Source: Trypanosoma brucei (lineage: Eukaryota). Taken from it: a stretch of 64,000 bases of DNA. Shown here in pieces: positions 49,708 to 61,600 of the stretch. The stretch spans positions 3,776,001 to 3,840,000 of the forward strand of contig CH464491.1 in the NCBI GenBank assembly GCA_000002445.1, in the 5' to 3' direction. How positions within the stretch are numbered: the stretch's first letter is position 1; every line of letters begins with the position of its first letter. The notes under the pieces were generated by a model. The model had not been told where the DNA came from, ran no database searches, and was given only the letters and a program-made list of their open reading frames with translations. Both the position numbers and the translations under genes were made by a program.

Positions 49708-51772
49708 GCAACAGTTTTATTATTGGGATTATTCACTTTTTGTATATTATGTTTGTGTGTGATGAAATTGTGGCTCTTCCTCCGCTTGATAAACTGATGT
49801 AGCGTAGTGCAGATGATGATGCACCTCGCGGTGAAGTTAGCAATCTTAACCCGTTTTTTTTTTGCAGTATTGAGGCAGAATACGTTGAGTGCTTTTCTAT
49901 TAATGTTGAAGAAGTTGATAGAGTGCTCGAGTCCATATGTTATCTTAGTTGCCTTTCGAGCACATTAAACAGGTTGTACACCGATGGTGAGCAGGAGCTG
50001 TTTGTGAACGAGGAGGTGCACGCAAATGTGTCTCGTATAGTAGGGGCGATATGGAAGGGGAAAGCAAGTTCGAGCACGGAACAGCGTGGTGTTATTAGCG
50101 GTGCAGTGGAAGAACGTACCGAAATAAGCTGGAATACCTCACATCATATGGGAATGGAATGGGAAATCTTTCGGAGAAAATTGGTGGATTATTCGCTAAA
50201 GTTAGTGACGGTGTAGGTGAGTGGGGAATCTACTACCTTGCACCTCCTGCACGCAATTAAATGTTATACGGCCATTGCGGATGTAGTTAGTACGATATGG
50301 AATGATGTTGTGGTGAAGCATGGATCCTCAATATGGATAAATGCAAACATCAAGTTTGAAGGACGAGTGTGATTACCAAACGTGTCCATTAGGATGTGGC
50401 GTCAGGAAAAGTGCTCTTAGAAAAAAAAAGGAAGGGAGGCTGCTCTTGTGTGGTGCAAGCAAGTGCCCGATGCCACGGATAAATTTAGACGCTTGTGGGG
50501 TTATGAACAACCCAAGTAATGTTCTGAAATGGAAAGACAGTCGTTTCTTCTTTCCAACGACGGATGTCCGTGATGTCTTCACTCCCCTCATCGTTTCTTC
50601 TGCTAGTCAACTACCTTCGAGACTCTCGGATATGATCGCAAATGTAACTTCCTTCCACTCACACTTCAACGAAACCCGCAGTAAGTTTATGTCACGTACC
50701 CACGACACTCTCCTTGTCACCGCGGGTAGAGATTCCGCTTTTAACAATCACGCATGTACGAGTTATCTCCTCTGCTCGTAACATTCCCACATTGATACCT
50801 CTGCGTGCGTGTTTTCTTTTTCTACTGTTATGTCCTCATGAGCCCCTTTTAATTCTGTGGTAAGGGCAATATTTCAAACACGTATGTGTGGCCGTGGGTG
50901 TTACTTTTTGTGTCAGGAATCACGATTGCTACGCGTTGCATTTGCTCCGAGACCGCCGACGCGGTTAATAACTTGTGCGACCAACTTGAGTTCGGGTGTG
51001 AGCGCTCGCTTTTGTGACGAGTGCGCGGCGGCCTTAATGTTGCAATCGTGATGTGATTCGGGTTAAAATGAGGTATCGAGTGGCGTGAGATGCAGCGATA
51101 CCGCATGCTATCGGTAATGGTGCAAGAGATAGAGGTTACTTAAGCTTATACTTGAGCCTAAACAATGCACTTGACGGTTTGTCAAACGCGTCACCACGCG
51201 TGCGCCTATCGTTGTGCTTTTTTTTTTTTTAGTAGAAGGGCGCGCATGTCATGAATGACTCACGCGATTTTTTTCTTCATAAAAAGAGGGTGGACGATAC
51301 CGCAACGGCCGGTTGGGAAAAGCCGCTCATTGCAGAGTGCGGCTCTATAATAAGTTCACGCATGTGAATGTTGCGTGTTGTGAGGAGGAACCCAACTCCC
51401 TCTCGTGTCGTTGTGGCCCCGTTTCTATGAGAAATTCATCCCCTGAAAGTGTGTTTGTGTGTGGGAAAAGCAAGCAATGACTGGGAGTTGATCAGTAAAC
51501 AAGCTGTGGCTAACTGAGCCCCAAAGTTCCACTTCGTTGCGCGGTTAACCCCAGTGAAAGGAAAGCAGCGGGCAACAATCGTCGGAAAACGGGATGCATC
51601 TGCAGAACGCGATAACTGGCGAGAAAACGTTTTTTTTTTTTAAATCCAAGCTCGCAGGCAGTTAATGTAAAAGCAACTTAAAAAGAACTAAGAGCCCAAA
51701 GTAAGGATTATAACAGGACGGGTAAAAAAATAAATAAATAAATAAACGCGTTAAAGTTAACCGGTAAAAGGG
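49708..51772. other. Convergent strand-switch region between the + strand and - strand polycistronic units (putative Pol II termination zone)
   Basis: The last + strand CDS ends at 49707 and the first long - strand CDS ends (3') at 51773. In between lie only short ORFs, poly-T tracts and GC-rich palindromic stretches such as 'aacgcgtcaccacgcgtgcgcc'. Confidence 0.7.
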
Positions 51773-54700
51773 TTACCACCATCCTCTGTGTACCGTAGTG
51801 TGGCGGACAACACCTCTCCTAATGGATGGATCAACGACTCCGTTATGTGATGTATATCCTCCAAACTCTGTGGGACGTGCCCTCCGGAGTGGCGAGGGTT
51901 CAGCTCGCGGCACTTCCCCAAAACATGCCACGCTCCCTCCAAGCGGCAACTGAGGTGCGCTGCCATGAGCAAATGCCCCGGACGCATTTGCGACACACCG
52001 CGGGCCCCACGTGAAGGGGGCGAAGCACTCGGCTTTTGAGAAAGTGCTTTGGCGATAGGCATCAACGCCGACGTGTGACAACTGGCGGCCGGAAGTGGCA
52101 GCATTTGTTGTCACCCGAAGTTGGTGCACGACTCCCGTGCGGTGCGGAGGGGTGCTGGCGTGTGGACATTCAAAAATGCTCCGCTGAAAAGTGGGATGGC
52201 CAGTGGAATACGTAGCAGGAGGCGTTGTGTGAGGAAAGAGTGGCGAGACACCAGACTCTATTGTGTTAACTATGGGATGTGTCGCTGCTGCGCGTGTATC
52301 CCCATAGCATCCTTGGTAATGGGCGTGCCTTCCAACCGTTGTATAAGGGGAAACGCCTTGTACATTAAAACGAAACCGTTTTGATGGGCGCGCGCCGCCA
52401 CGTCCAACATCTGTTACGGGGTTTGGAGGAGGCGACAGGGTTTTGGGAAGGACGACTTCCATTCCACCAAGCAGCATGTCGTCCCCTTCCTTGCACGATA
52501 TTTGTGGGCTCCACCGTGTTTCTGGTGAGTCACCAGATCCGTTTTCTTTGTTCTCCCGACGTCTCTTGTAGCCAAATGGAGATGACACTACCCTGATTCC
52601 CATGGAAGACGCTATCTGAGCCTTCCGCTCTAACAAATACTTGAATGCCTCGTCCGTTTGACCAGCTTCAGTATCCCGTCGCCTACTGCTTTCCGAGTCC
52701 GCCATTTTCGTCTTGACGACAGTTGCCTCGTCATCGCAGCCGACAGCGGCCGAATGAGCCCCCCGTTCAGCACTGGTTGTGCCAATCTCCCCTCCTTCAA
52801 GATCCGAAGCGCACTGATCGGCAATAACACTCGTGTCCCCTCTCACTTGATGCGGTGTCGTGACGAAGGGTTCGGTTGATCGCCGGTTGTGTGGCACGGG
52901 CTCATTTATGCTGTCGCGGTCGGCGTTCCGATCGGTAACCTTCACGTCGTCTGGCGTCTTCTTCAGGGTGCCTTGCATTTTTTCCGCAGTGGTTCGATGC
53001 TTTGGCTGCTGCGCGAATCCGGTCGCTGTTTGCAGCTTTACCGAATCGCCCGCTTCGACGCCGCCCACCTTCAGTGTGGCGTTGCAGTCGTTCCCGAGAA
53101 AGTTCCCGTTGGTGAGGCTCCCCATAATTTGTCCCCGATACCCGGGGGAAACCTGGAAGGTGAAAACGAGCGGCCTCCGATTGGCGGTCCTGCAATCGAT
53201 CTGACGAAGAAGGTGTGTACGATCAAGTTCGAGATCCCCAACAAGCAGTATCATATGGCACTGCTCTAGTGGAGGATCTCTTCGTGTGGAGACGCCCGCC
53301 TTATAGGAGACTACGACACGCACGGTGCCGGCTTCCGTAACATGCTCAAGCGCTAAGTTGTACATTGGACGCGAGTGGCACTTTTCCTGGAGATCTGTCC
53401 CGAATGGGGGATTCTTACCGCATAGAGCCTCCAACTTTCTTGGGTTGGCTTGCAGCACGTCAGAAAAGTTCTTTATTCCACCTTCATGGAGCGCCTTCGC
53501 CATGTTTTCACCAATTCCCTCAATTTGCTTAATGATGAGTCCATCCCACCAAGTGCCCTGTTCAATACACCTGCAAAGAAGTGAGCTCTGTTGGATGAGG
53601 GAAAAGCATGGATGGGTTGTGGCGTAGTCGACGACAAAGCGAGCGACGCGTGGGGCTACCGTCCACAGGCGCACGCAATCGTTCCTGAGCGAAAAATCCG
53701 ATACCGCCACTCGATCAAGATGGGCCTGGATGAGCACATACACTTTGTGCCAATCTTCCCTCACCTCACGCCCGCCGCGCATTCCACAGTTGAGCGGGAA
53801 TCGGATAACTTTGTTGAGCTCGTTAAGGTGCTTCTTATCCCCTTGCCGCAGTCGAAGACCGTCAAATTCGCTGGAGTGGCAAAAAACACGGAGGACTTGG
53901 TGCAGAGTGAAGGACTCACCTGTTTTTTGTTGAATTTGCCCTTCCTCCTCTGCCATTGCCGCGCCCATTATTTGAGGTGCTCCCTGCCGACCGCTCTGAT
54001 GGGAAAACCGGTGCAGTAACTCTCTGTTGAGTGTTTCAACCGTTTTGAAGAGAATATACCGACGTGCCATGGCGCGTCCTACGCGAGTACTCTCTACGGC
54101 GCAATTCACATCGCTTACATCACGGCAGCCGGTGCTGCTGGGTGACCTGTCCTGGAGGGTTTGTGTAGCTGACTCATTCAAAATGACATCCCCTGCCTTT
54201 AGTGCATCGCGGCCGATCGCGACACAGCCTTGTTTTTCAAGTTCGGCTAACATCCTCCGCATCAGTTGATCCGCGAACTGTTCTCGGTCAAAATCGTCTT
54301 CCTCTTGTTTGGTAGAGAAAATAATGCCGTAGCGGCGTGGGCAGCGTCGAAGCCGGATCCAAAAAAAAGTTGTTTTGATCCACTCCACACCAAGTGATAA
54401 GTTGTGAATAGTTCGCAGGGCCACCTCTGCATTCACATGTTCAATCATGTTCTGGTGCAGGCGACTCTCTACGGTTGTGCACGTGTCTCCGTGTTGCAAT
54501 GGTTTGTACAGGTACGCCTTGTCATCCGTTGTGAGCACAAGTGCGACGCCGTGCGTGTCGAGTCCTGGTCGTCCAGCGCGACCGCTCATTTGTGCAATTT
54601 CCGAAAGGGGAAGGTCGTCACGGTTACCATTCTTGAAGAACGTTGTGCCCTTGACGATCACAAGGTGTGCGGGAAGGTTGACGCCCAGTGCCAGGGTTGT

Positions 54701-55999
54701 AGTTGTGCAGATGACTGAAACGTAGTGCCCCATGAACATGCGCTCCACGAGGGTCCTGTCATTTGCTGTCATGGCGGCGTGGTGGTATGCGATACCCAGC
54801 AGAAGCATCGTTCGCAGCTGTTTATCATTTGCGGAGGATGCCAATCGCTGGACCTCCTCACTGGCGCACAACTGCCGTTCGCAACCTTCCCGTGCTGCCG
54901 CCTCGTTCAGTTCTTCCGTAATACGCCTCGCGGAATTCATGGTTTCTCCGCGTGACGCGCAAAACACCAGTGTCGGACGGCCCTCGCTGTACCGCCGAAT
55001 CAATCCAAACAGTTTGAGGGTGAGGAAACGGTCGAACGCGAAGGGATTGCTTGAAGTGCTGGGATACGACACCACCCGCAGTGTTAGTGGCAGAGGGCGG
55101 TCTGCTGATGTAAACGAAAATACCCCTGCAGGGGGAACCTGAAGCCACTCAGCGAAATCTTCAATATTGGGGAGAGTTCCGCTGATGGCAACAAAACGGG
55201 TTCGACAAACCTGCGGCCCGCGGGTCGTCATAGATAATTTTATTGCCTTCATGCGACTCACTACTGCCTCCAACGCTGCGCCGCGCTCCTCACTGACAGT
55301 GTGAACCTCGTCTAGCATCAAAAGTGCTACGGAGGCCACAAGGTTCCACACAACACCTTCTTTCCATCGCCGTGTAATGCCGTCCCAGCGCTCAGGCGTT
55401 GTGATGATGATATCCGTTTGGAACACTTCATCCATAATTGCATCAACCGTTCGCATGGCTTCCTGATCCCCCGTCTCCATTACAACTGAAAGCGCGGGGA
55501 ACCGCTCGCGCCACTGCGTGTACTTTTCAAATGCGAGGGCCTTCATTGGGCATATGTACACTGCCTTTCTATTCGTAGGGCTATTTGCATATTCCTTGTT
55601 CCCGGAAGCGGCATCAACCTCATCATCAGCATTTGGGGGAAGCGCCGCATCGGAACCCACTGTGTTCAGTGTTAAACGGTCCTTGAACAGTCGAAGCATT
55701 GCCGCCTCCAGCAACGCTGTCTTTCCGCTCCCTGTGGGGGCAGCAACCACAACGTTAAAATCGTTCTGAATTATTGCTGGTATAACTCGCTCTTGCACGC
55801 GCGTAAAGTTTGTGTGAGGAAAATACGATGCGAGGGGCCCTAGGCAATCGCACAAGATTGGCATCAGCACAACCGCCTGAGGGGTGTTTGTGGGAAGGCG
55901 GCTATTCAACACAAATCCAAGAAGTGAATAAATGAAAAGTGAGCAATAAAATTTTAGAAGGATATACTCCACTGGAACACAGAGAGAGCGATAAACCAT
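51773..55999 (-). CDS. Ski2-like DExH-box helicase with a single helicase cassette plus a Sec63-like module (HFM1/MER3-like) and a roughly 500-aa low-complexity C-terminal tail
   Basis: ATG (reverse complement) verified at 55997-55999. An alternative start is 'MPILCDCLG' 45 codons in. Walker A is 'VVAAPTGSGKT', DExH is 'LMLDEVH' and motif VI is 'QMSGRAGRPG'. The single cassette and the 1408 aa length argue against the dual-cassette Brr2/Slh1 type. Confidence 0.75.
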   Translation of the reverse strand: MVYRSLCVPVEYILLKFYCSLFIYSLLGFVLNSRLPTNTPQAVVLMPILCDCLGPLASYFPHTNFTRVQERVIPAIIQNDFNVVVAAPTGSGKTALLEAAMLRLFKDRLTLNTVGSDAALPPNADDEVDAASGNKEYANSPTNRKAVYICPMKALAFEKYTQWRERFPALSVVMETGDQEAMRTVDAIMDEVFQTDIIITTPERWDGITRRWKEGVVWNLVASVALLMLDEVHTVSEERGAALEAVVSRMKAIKLSMTTRGPQVCRTRFVAISGTLPNIEDFAEWLQVPPAGVFSFTSADRPLPLTLRVVSYPSTSSNPFAFDRFLTLKLFGLIRRYSEGRPTLVFCASRGETMNSARRITEELNEAAAREGCERQLCASEEVQRLASSANDKQLRTMLLLGIAYHHAAMTANDRTLVERMFMGHYVSVICTTTTLALGVNLPAHLVIVKGTTFFKNGNRDDLPLSEIAQMSGRAGRPGLDTHGVALVLTTDDKAYLYKPLQHGDTCTTVESRLHQNMIEHVNAEVALRTIHNLSLGVEWIKTTFFWIRLRRCPRRYGIIFSTKQEEDDFDREQFADQLMRRMLAELEKQGCVAIGRDALKAGDVILNESATQTLQDRSPSSTGCRDVSDVNCAVESTRVGRAMARRYILFKTVETLNRELLHRFSHQSGRQGAPQIMGAAMAEEEGQIQQKTGESFTLHQVLRVFCHSSEFDGLRLRQGDKKHLNELNKVIRFPLNCGMRGGREVREDWHKVYVLIQAHLDRVAVSDFSLRNDCVRLWTVAPRVARFVVDYATTHPCFSLIQQSSLLCRCIEQGTWWDGLIIKQIEGIGENMAKALHEGGIKNFSDVLQANPRKLEALCGKNPPFGTDLQEKCHSRPMYNLALEHVTEAGTVRVVVSYKAGVSTRRDPPLEQCHMILLVGDLELDRTHLLRQIDCRTANRRPLVFTFQVSPGYRGQIMGSLTNGNFLGNDCNATLKVGGVEAGDSVKLQTATGFAQQPKHRTTAEKMQGTLKKTPDDVKVTDRNADRDSINEPVPHNRRSTEPFVTTPHQVRGDTSVIADQCASDLEGGEIGTTSAERGAHSAAVGCDDEATVVKTKMADSESSRRRDTEAGQTDEAFKYLLERKAQIASSMGIRVVSSPFGYKRRRENKENGSGDSPETRWSPQISCKEGDDMLLGGMEVVLPKTLSPPPNPVTDVGRGGARPSKRFRFNVQGVSPYTTVGRHAHYQGCYGDTRAAATHPIVNTIESGVSPLFPHTTPPATYSTGHPTFQRSIFECPHASTPPHRTGVVHQLRVTTNAATSGRQLSHVGVDAYRQSTFSKAECFAPFTWGPRCVANASGAFAHGSAPQLPLGGSVACFGEVPRAEPSPLRRARPTEFGGYTSHNGVVDPSIRRGVVRHTTVHRGWW

Positions 56000-56288
56000 T
56001 AGGTCGTAATTGTATCAACAGCAGTGGGCATCGTGATGCCGCCCATGGCTTCCGCGGCAGACCACATGAAACCAAATATGCATTCCTGCATATTTTTTTT
56101 TACTACCACCAGAGCCACCACGTTTATTCGTACACCGCGCCAACTGTTGTAATACTGGCAGTTGGGGAATAAGCACTTTTCCATCACGCGCAAACATTTC
56201 CCTCTGCAGTGGAGGCAGATGCAATAGGATTGGCACAGGCAGTCAAGGGCGTCAAAACCAGCAAACACAATCTTTCCATCGTGCATCT

Positions 56289-58106
56289 TTAGGGAGTCCA
56301 AAAAACATTACCGGTTGCGCAAACAACATGCAGCGCTTTCTCCACCTGTCCCTGTGCCCCGACAGACTCGAGGACGTCGAGGATCGCATCTGAGGAGGGG
56401 ACGCCCTCTGCTTCATGCATGGCGGTTACCGCTCGTAGGGCTGAAACCCACGGGGAACGGCTCGCCGCAGCTAACGCATCGTTGTACACGCCTGCCTCTA
56501 GTTTTACACCACCAGTGTGAGCACGCTCCATCCAGAATAATGCGCTGCGCCAACGACCGGCGTACACCGACGACTGTACACACAACTGTAAATTATTTGT
56601 AGTAAAAGGGCCCCTATTTGACAAACAAACCGCCATGGCCTTAGCTGCAAGCGCCCAGCGGCCTTGATGGGCAACGTAGGATGAAAGTAATGGTAGCGCA
56701 TGAAATTGCTTCCGCGCCACCATAGCGGACATAAACCGTGCGGCAAGCTGCCAATGACCGGGCCGATTGGATACGGTGCGGGCCAACACATACGCGTCTG
56801 TGTCTGCCATCGTCGCGTCACAAAGTTGTTGATACAACCGGTCACCAACATGTGATGGTAGTGAAGCTGGATTTTGGTGGGCCAACACATTTAGCAGTGA
56901 GTTCAGGTTCATGGTGGTGGGTTTCTTGCTGTACAACGCGTTGGCTACGGCCACCACATCGTCAGAGCAGGGTAGGGAGGGCACATCAGAGGTACTTGCT
57001 TGTGTGGATTCGCGCAGCCAATGTAGAGCTAGTTGCCTTCCATTATTCGTGTGGAGACACCTAAGCAGCACGTCCACCGCAGATTCTGGTTCATCTGCCA
57101 TCATGGTACGGTAGAACTGTTCAAGTTTTTCTGGTTGCCGATCAGCGACAAGCGGCACAAGGATGTGATAAAGAAATTTCAATGGCTTTGTTACTGGCGG
57201 AGCCAAAGTACCTCCAACGTGCACTTCACGGGGTCTAAGAATCACCCCTCCACGTTCCGCTACTTGTGATAGTAGTCGAGCCATCCTCGACTGTTGCAAC
57301 TGGCAGCCCCTTTTTGTGTAGTCATGATAAACAACCAATGCCTCCTGCCACTTAAACCGTGCGGCTACGGTCAGACAGCACGCGTATACAACTGGTGTCC
57401 ACTCAGACTTGAAGGGTTGAACACTCCCGTAGAGGTCCAAACTTTCCTTCTCTGAGTTCCTGCAAACATCAAATAATGAGACAAGCACGTCATCGGAAAG
57501 AAGCACCTCTTGTGCGTATTTCACGCAGTAGTCAACCGCCATTTTAGTATGTCCTGTTGCGAGAAGCGTCCGCACGACACTCTCTAAGTTTCTTTTGATG
57601 AGGTACGCAAAGTGGCCGCCACTTTTCGCCCCCTCTGTTATTGTAAGAGCAGCTTCCCAATCACCCTCTAACTCAATTGCTTCGTGGAGTCGGCAAACTT
57701 CAGCTACGGAGTATCTGTTCAATGTCGCCGCAATCTCTTCGGAGGAGCACGTCAGAAGCTCAGTGGCCGAGGTTCGGTTGTGTCTTGCGTAATGAACACG
57801 GCGGTGCGGGACGCACGGGTACTCGTGAATAATCTCTTTGCTGTATTTTTCCACAACACTGCTGGACACGAGCGTCTCTTCCGCTCCATTTTTAATCCCT
57901 CGTGTGCGGTCCGACTTGATGCCAGGAAGTAAAATACAGGGGGTTGTTTGGCTCCTTCGCACTGGTGTTTGTGGGGACGATACGCCTCCGCTTGCAGTTA
58001 ACGTCCTCCTCGGAACACTCGAGGAAAATAAATCTCGGCGTTTTAGCCAAAGCAGTGGTGAAGCAGATGCGACGACTAGAATGATGTCATCCAAGCCCAA
58101 CGGCAT
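56289..58106 (-). CDS. Hypothetical 605-aa alpha-helical-repeat protein (PPR/TPR-like), possibly organellar
   Basis: ATG (reverse complement) at 58104-58106. The N-terminus is R/S-rich 'LLWLKRRDLFSSSVPRRTL'. Repeated amphipathic helix pairs occur, for example 'VVYACCLTVAARFKWQEALVVYHDYTKRGCQL'. There is no catalytic motif. Confidence 0.45.
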   Translation of the reverse strand: MPLGLDDIILVVASASPLLWLKRRDLFSSSVPRRTLTASGGVSSPQTPVRRSQTTPCILLPGIKSDRTRGIKNGAEETLVSSSVVEKYSKEIIHEYPCVPHRRVHYARHNRTSATELLTCSSEEIAATLNRYSVAEVCRLHEAIELEGDWEAALTITEGAKSGGHFAYLIKRNLESVVRTLLATGHTKMAVDYCVKYAQEVLLSDDVLVSLFDVCRNSEKESLDLYGSVQPFKSEWTPVVYACCLTVAARFKWQEALVVYHDYTKRGCQLQQSRMARLLSQVAERGGVILRPREVHVGGTLAPPVTKPLKFLYHILVPLVADRQPEKLEQFYRTMMADEPESAVDVLLRCLHTNNGRQLALHWLRESTQASTSDVPSLPCSDDVVAVANALYSKKPTTMNLNSLLNVLAHQNPASLPSHVGDRLYQQLCDATMADTDAYVLARTVSNRPGHWQLAARFMSAMVARKQFHALPLLSSYVAHQGRWALAAKAMAVCLSNRGPFTTNNLQLCVQSSVYAGRWRSALFWMERAHTGGVKLEAGVYNDALAAASRSPWVSALRAVTAMHEAEGVPSSDAILDVLESVGAQGQVEKALHVVCATGNVFWTP

Positions 58107-58601
58107 TAAAATGCCAGCAGCGCCCCTTTATTCCACGGCATGCTTCAATTTATTTTGTTAACGAAAATTTTTGTGGAGAAGGAAGAAGTTCCATCAGCAA
58201 CTACGTCAGAAAAAAAAAACATAAGACAACTGGAGGGTCCATACTGAATGAACAACCCTACAAAACAAAAGATATAATAATAGCCTTTTTTTGCCGTCCG
58301 TGCACCACCATTCAACTTGTAGCCTTCTCCGCTTTTGGATTGACAATACAAACGACACTAAGAGAAAGTACAATACCTGTTTCCGTTTTTTTTCTTTTTC
58401 ATTTTTTTAAACGATACGACCTCATGTGGGCATCTATGTTCTCTCTATGCACATTCACCGTTGTCAAAGCTTCCATTGCCGCTGATATCTATGAATGTTC
58501 TTCTCGTTCCATGCCATCAGCGTGTGGTCCTCCCACCAACCTGCATTTCAATATCCGTCTTCATCTCTCACCATTCATTTTTTCGGCATCGCACTTTTTT
58601 A

Positions 58602-61600
58602 TCATGTTGTCAACAACTGGGGGCCGTCAATTAACCTGACGTCACCAATGCGTCCACCAAATGTTATTTGTGGGTAACAGCTCCTTGCTGCCCTCCACTG
58701 TGGGATATGACCGTCATCCAGTTGCTTCCCATTCGTGTTGTGGACGGTTAGTTTTGCGTGACCAACTCGTGGGGCTAAGGTTACTCTCAAGTTAAAGTGC
58801 TGACGTCTCGCACCCTCAGGTACAACCCACAGGTGGCCAAGATCGGGCGTATGGTTTTCACTCCATGTTGTTAAATTACCTCCTACGCCCACGCCAATGC
58901 CAACCCATTCACCCGGGTCGTCTACACGAAGAGTCCATTGGAGTGCAATTGGCCGCGTCGACAGGTTTCTACCCTCTCGACATGCCTTGATAATCTTGTG
59001 AATAGGGGCATTGAAAATGCATGTCCCCCGGCACCCAGGGACAGTAATCCACTGCCCTAGGCGACGCACTCTCTTGATGTTCTCGTCATCTCCCAGTATA
59101 TCACTATCTTCAAATACCTCGTGAGGCAACAGCGGTGCAGCTCGTCGGCCGGTTGGGGATCCTCTCCCAACTGAACGTCTGCGACGTACGCTTGTGAGAG
59201 GCCGTTTATGTGGGTGGGTAGACAGATTCAAATGGTCATCGAGGGTTAACTCTTTTGTGGGAACGCTTTTCTGGGAAGTCCTTCTTTTGCTTTCGTAATC
59301 ATCCGTCTGCGTAACCTCTTCCTGTCTATCATCCCCCATTCTGCGGCGTCTGGAACTAGGAGGACGCGTGTATGGGACCACGGAAACAAGCTGCAACTCC
59401 GCCATAACACCCTCCAAATTAACCGATAACCCCGAATTCAGAAGTGAGATGTCAGTTGCATCCGTCGAAGTGCCCCACGGGGTTTCTTCCCCTACGTGAA
59501 GCGCGCTGGCCACCGTAGCAACCTGAAGGGAATACAGTGGCTTGAGGGCGTCCGAGCGCAAATGGTCTATTGCCGCTTTCATTAGTGCAACTTTTTCTTC
59601 GGCCAGTAGTATTTCTTTGGCTACGCTGCTCAATGTCGATGCGAAGGAAGCATCACAGTGCTCCAAAAATTCGTCCCGCTTCGATTTCACCGCAGATATG
59701 AGCATGTCGAATTGCCGAATAACGGCCTCCTTTTTGTGCTTCGCCACCGATATTATCCGCTGATGATGGCCCATCCACTCAGCAGTTTTATCGATGCTCC
59801 TTTTCAAATGCTCGCCCAGGGTTTCCGTGACGCGCCTTCGTGAATCACCTTCGAGAGCTTCAGGGACGACAATTAATTTCGATGTGTCAACCCCACTTTT
59901 CGACAGACAAAGAGAGCAACAAAGTTCTCTCGTTGAGCTGTCATACAGTTGAAGCTCCTTGTGATGAACGGGGCAAAGAGGTTCGGAGCCTTGAACAGAA
60001 TACGGGATCCATCGGACATCCAACATGGCCTTTGGGAGCACATACCTTACGGGGTCGCGGAAAATAATTGCGGATTTATCCAAAGTAAAGCAGCTGGTGA
60101 CGGTAGAGTCGTTTTCAAATATATGTTCAGCCTCAACTTCAGTGCCAGCAAACACCATATTGCCTGGCGCCGCCTCACATAGAACTATGGAGGTGTCCAA
60201 CTGCCCCGGAATATCGGCAGATGTCGCTTCCACCCCATCGCATTGCGCGAGACGCAACTGTGGATAAAATAACTGGTTCGGCAATACACCCTTGGATGCA
60301 ACTAAAATGGTGGCGTGCTCTTTCAACCCAGGAGCTCGCGAGCGTTCAGAGTTTATTAGGCGGATGCGGTGTAGCTTAGTAACCTTCCCGTAAAACTGTT
60401 GAGGGCACAGAATCGACAGAAACTGTTCAGCAATATGCTTGCGACTAGCTTCTTGAAGTTTGTTAGACGTTTCCAGTGACGGAGCCGTTCTCCTGCTAAC
60501 ACCATTGGAACTCTGATCTTGTAATGTAGACATCATTGCGTTCCACTGATTTTTGGGATTCTCGGCAACAGGTAGCGAAGGCTCATGTTTACCCTCTGCA
60601 GGTGTCGCTTCTTCTATTTTTTCCTCCTCATCCACTTCCATCACTGATGCTTTCTGCACCCCTTCTACGGAAGGTAACCCAAAACGAGATCGGGATTTGC
60701 TCGATATCCCGGACCCCTTGCTCTTGGGTGTCTCTGGCGCCGATATTCTATGTGAATTATGACGTTGTGTGCGGCTTGCACTTCGTGGTGACTCAACGTC
60801 CATCGGCTTCGCACACTTTTCATTCACAACACTTTTTTCTTCCGGGGTCGGTGTAGTCTCCTCCTCCTTACACTGGCCCTCAGGGGGATTCGTATCGGTA
60901 AATTGGAACGAAACCGAGGAGTCACTAGAGGAAGAAGAGGACTTTCTTGCGTCCCCTGAACGCTGCTTTGCTTCAGTGTTCGCGCCCTCCTTTCCTTCTT
61001 CCTCTGCGACAAACGCAATTTCATCACCATTATCGCCATTAACAACAGGGTTTTCTGGAGTCGGGGGAACGTCCTTCGATGCTTTTTCTCCGGCGAGGGC
61101 TGATGATGAGCGTCGTGCAGTTGTACGTCGGCTGAGACGATGATGTCGACGGTGACGTGATTGCTCCGCCGGTAAACTCCCTTCAGTCGCAGCTGCCAAT
61201 CCCTCCATACATTCCATTTCGTTCGTGCGTGACCGGTGTTTCTGTGGAGTGTCAACAATTTTCCCCTCCGATCGTCTTCGCCGCCGCCGACTCCGTTCTC
61301 CCGGACTCACATGGTCGCTGGACTTCCTTGCCAATCCCGGAGTCAGTGCAGGTGCTGGAGACGCCGGAGACGGTAGGGCCACGGACTGCATGGGGGATGA
61401 AACACTGGTTTGACTTCTGTTAAAATGGGGCGATAGTCCTGGCGATTTTATCGCCGAAGGTGAAACGGGGATCTTAACCATCCCTGGAGGTGGTGGCCCC
61501 GCCATGACTTTAACAAAACCAATCGGTGGGCTCTTGGCCGGGCCTACAAGTGGGGTCCGACCCCCAGGGGGAGTGAACCGCTTCGAAGCTACCATATCCG

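Noticed and set aside
51290-51390. Possible tRNA gene in the convergent strand-switch region ('ggttggg...cccaactcc' terminal stem enclosing two hairpins)
   Set aside because: The internal hairpins have 6-bp stems with 9- and 12-nt loops. No 7-nt anticodon loop and no GTTCRANYC T-loop could be placed, so it does not fold as a cloverleaf. It is kept only as a generic structured element in the strand-switch finding.
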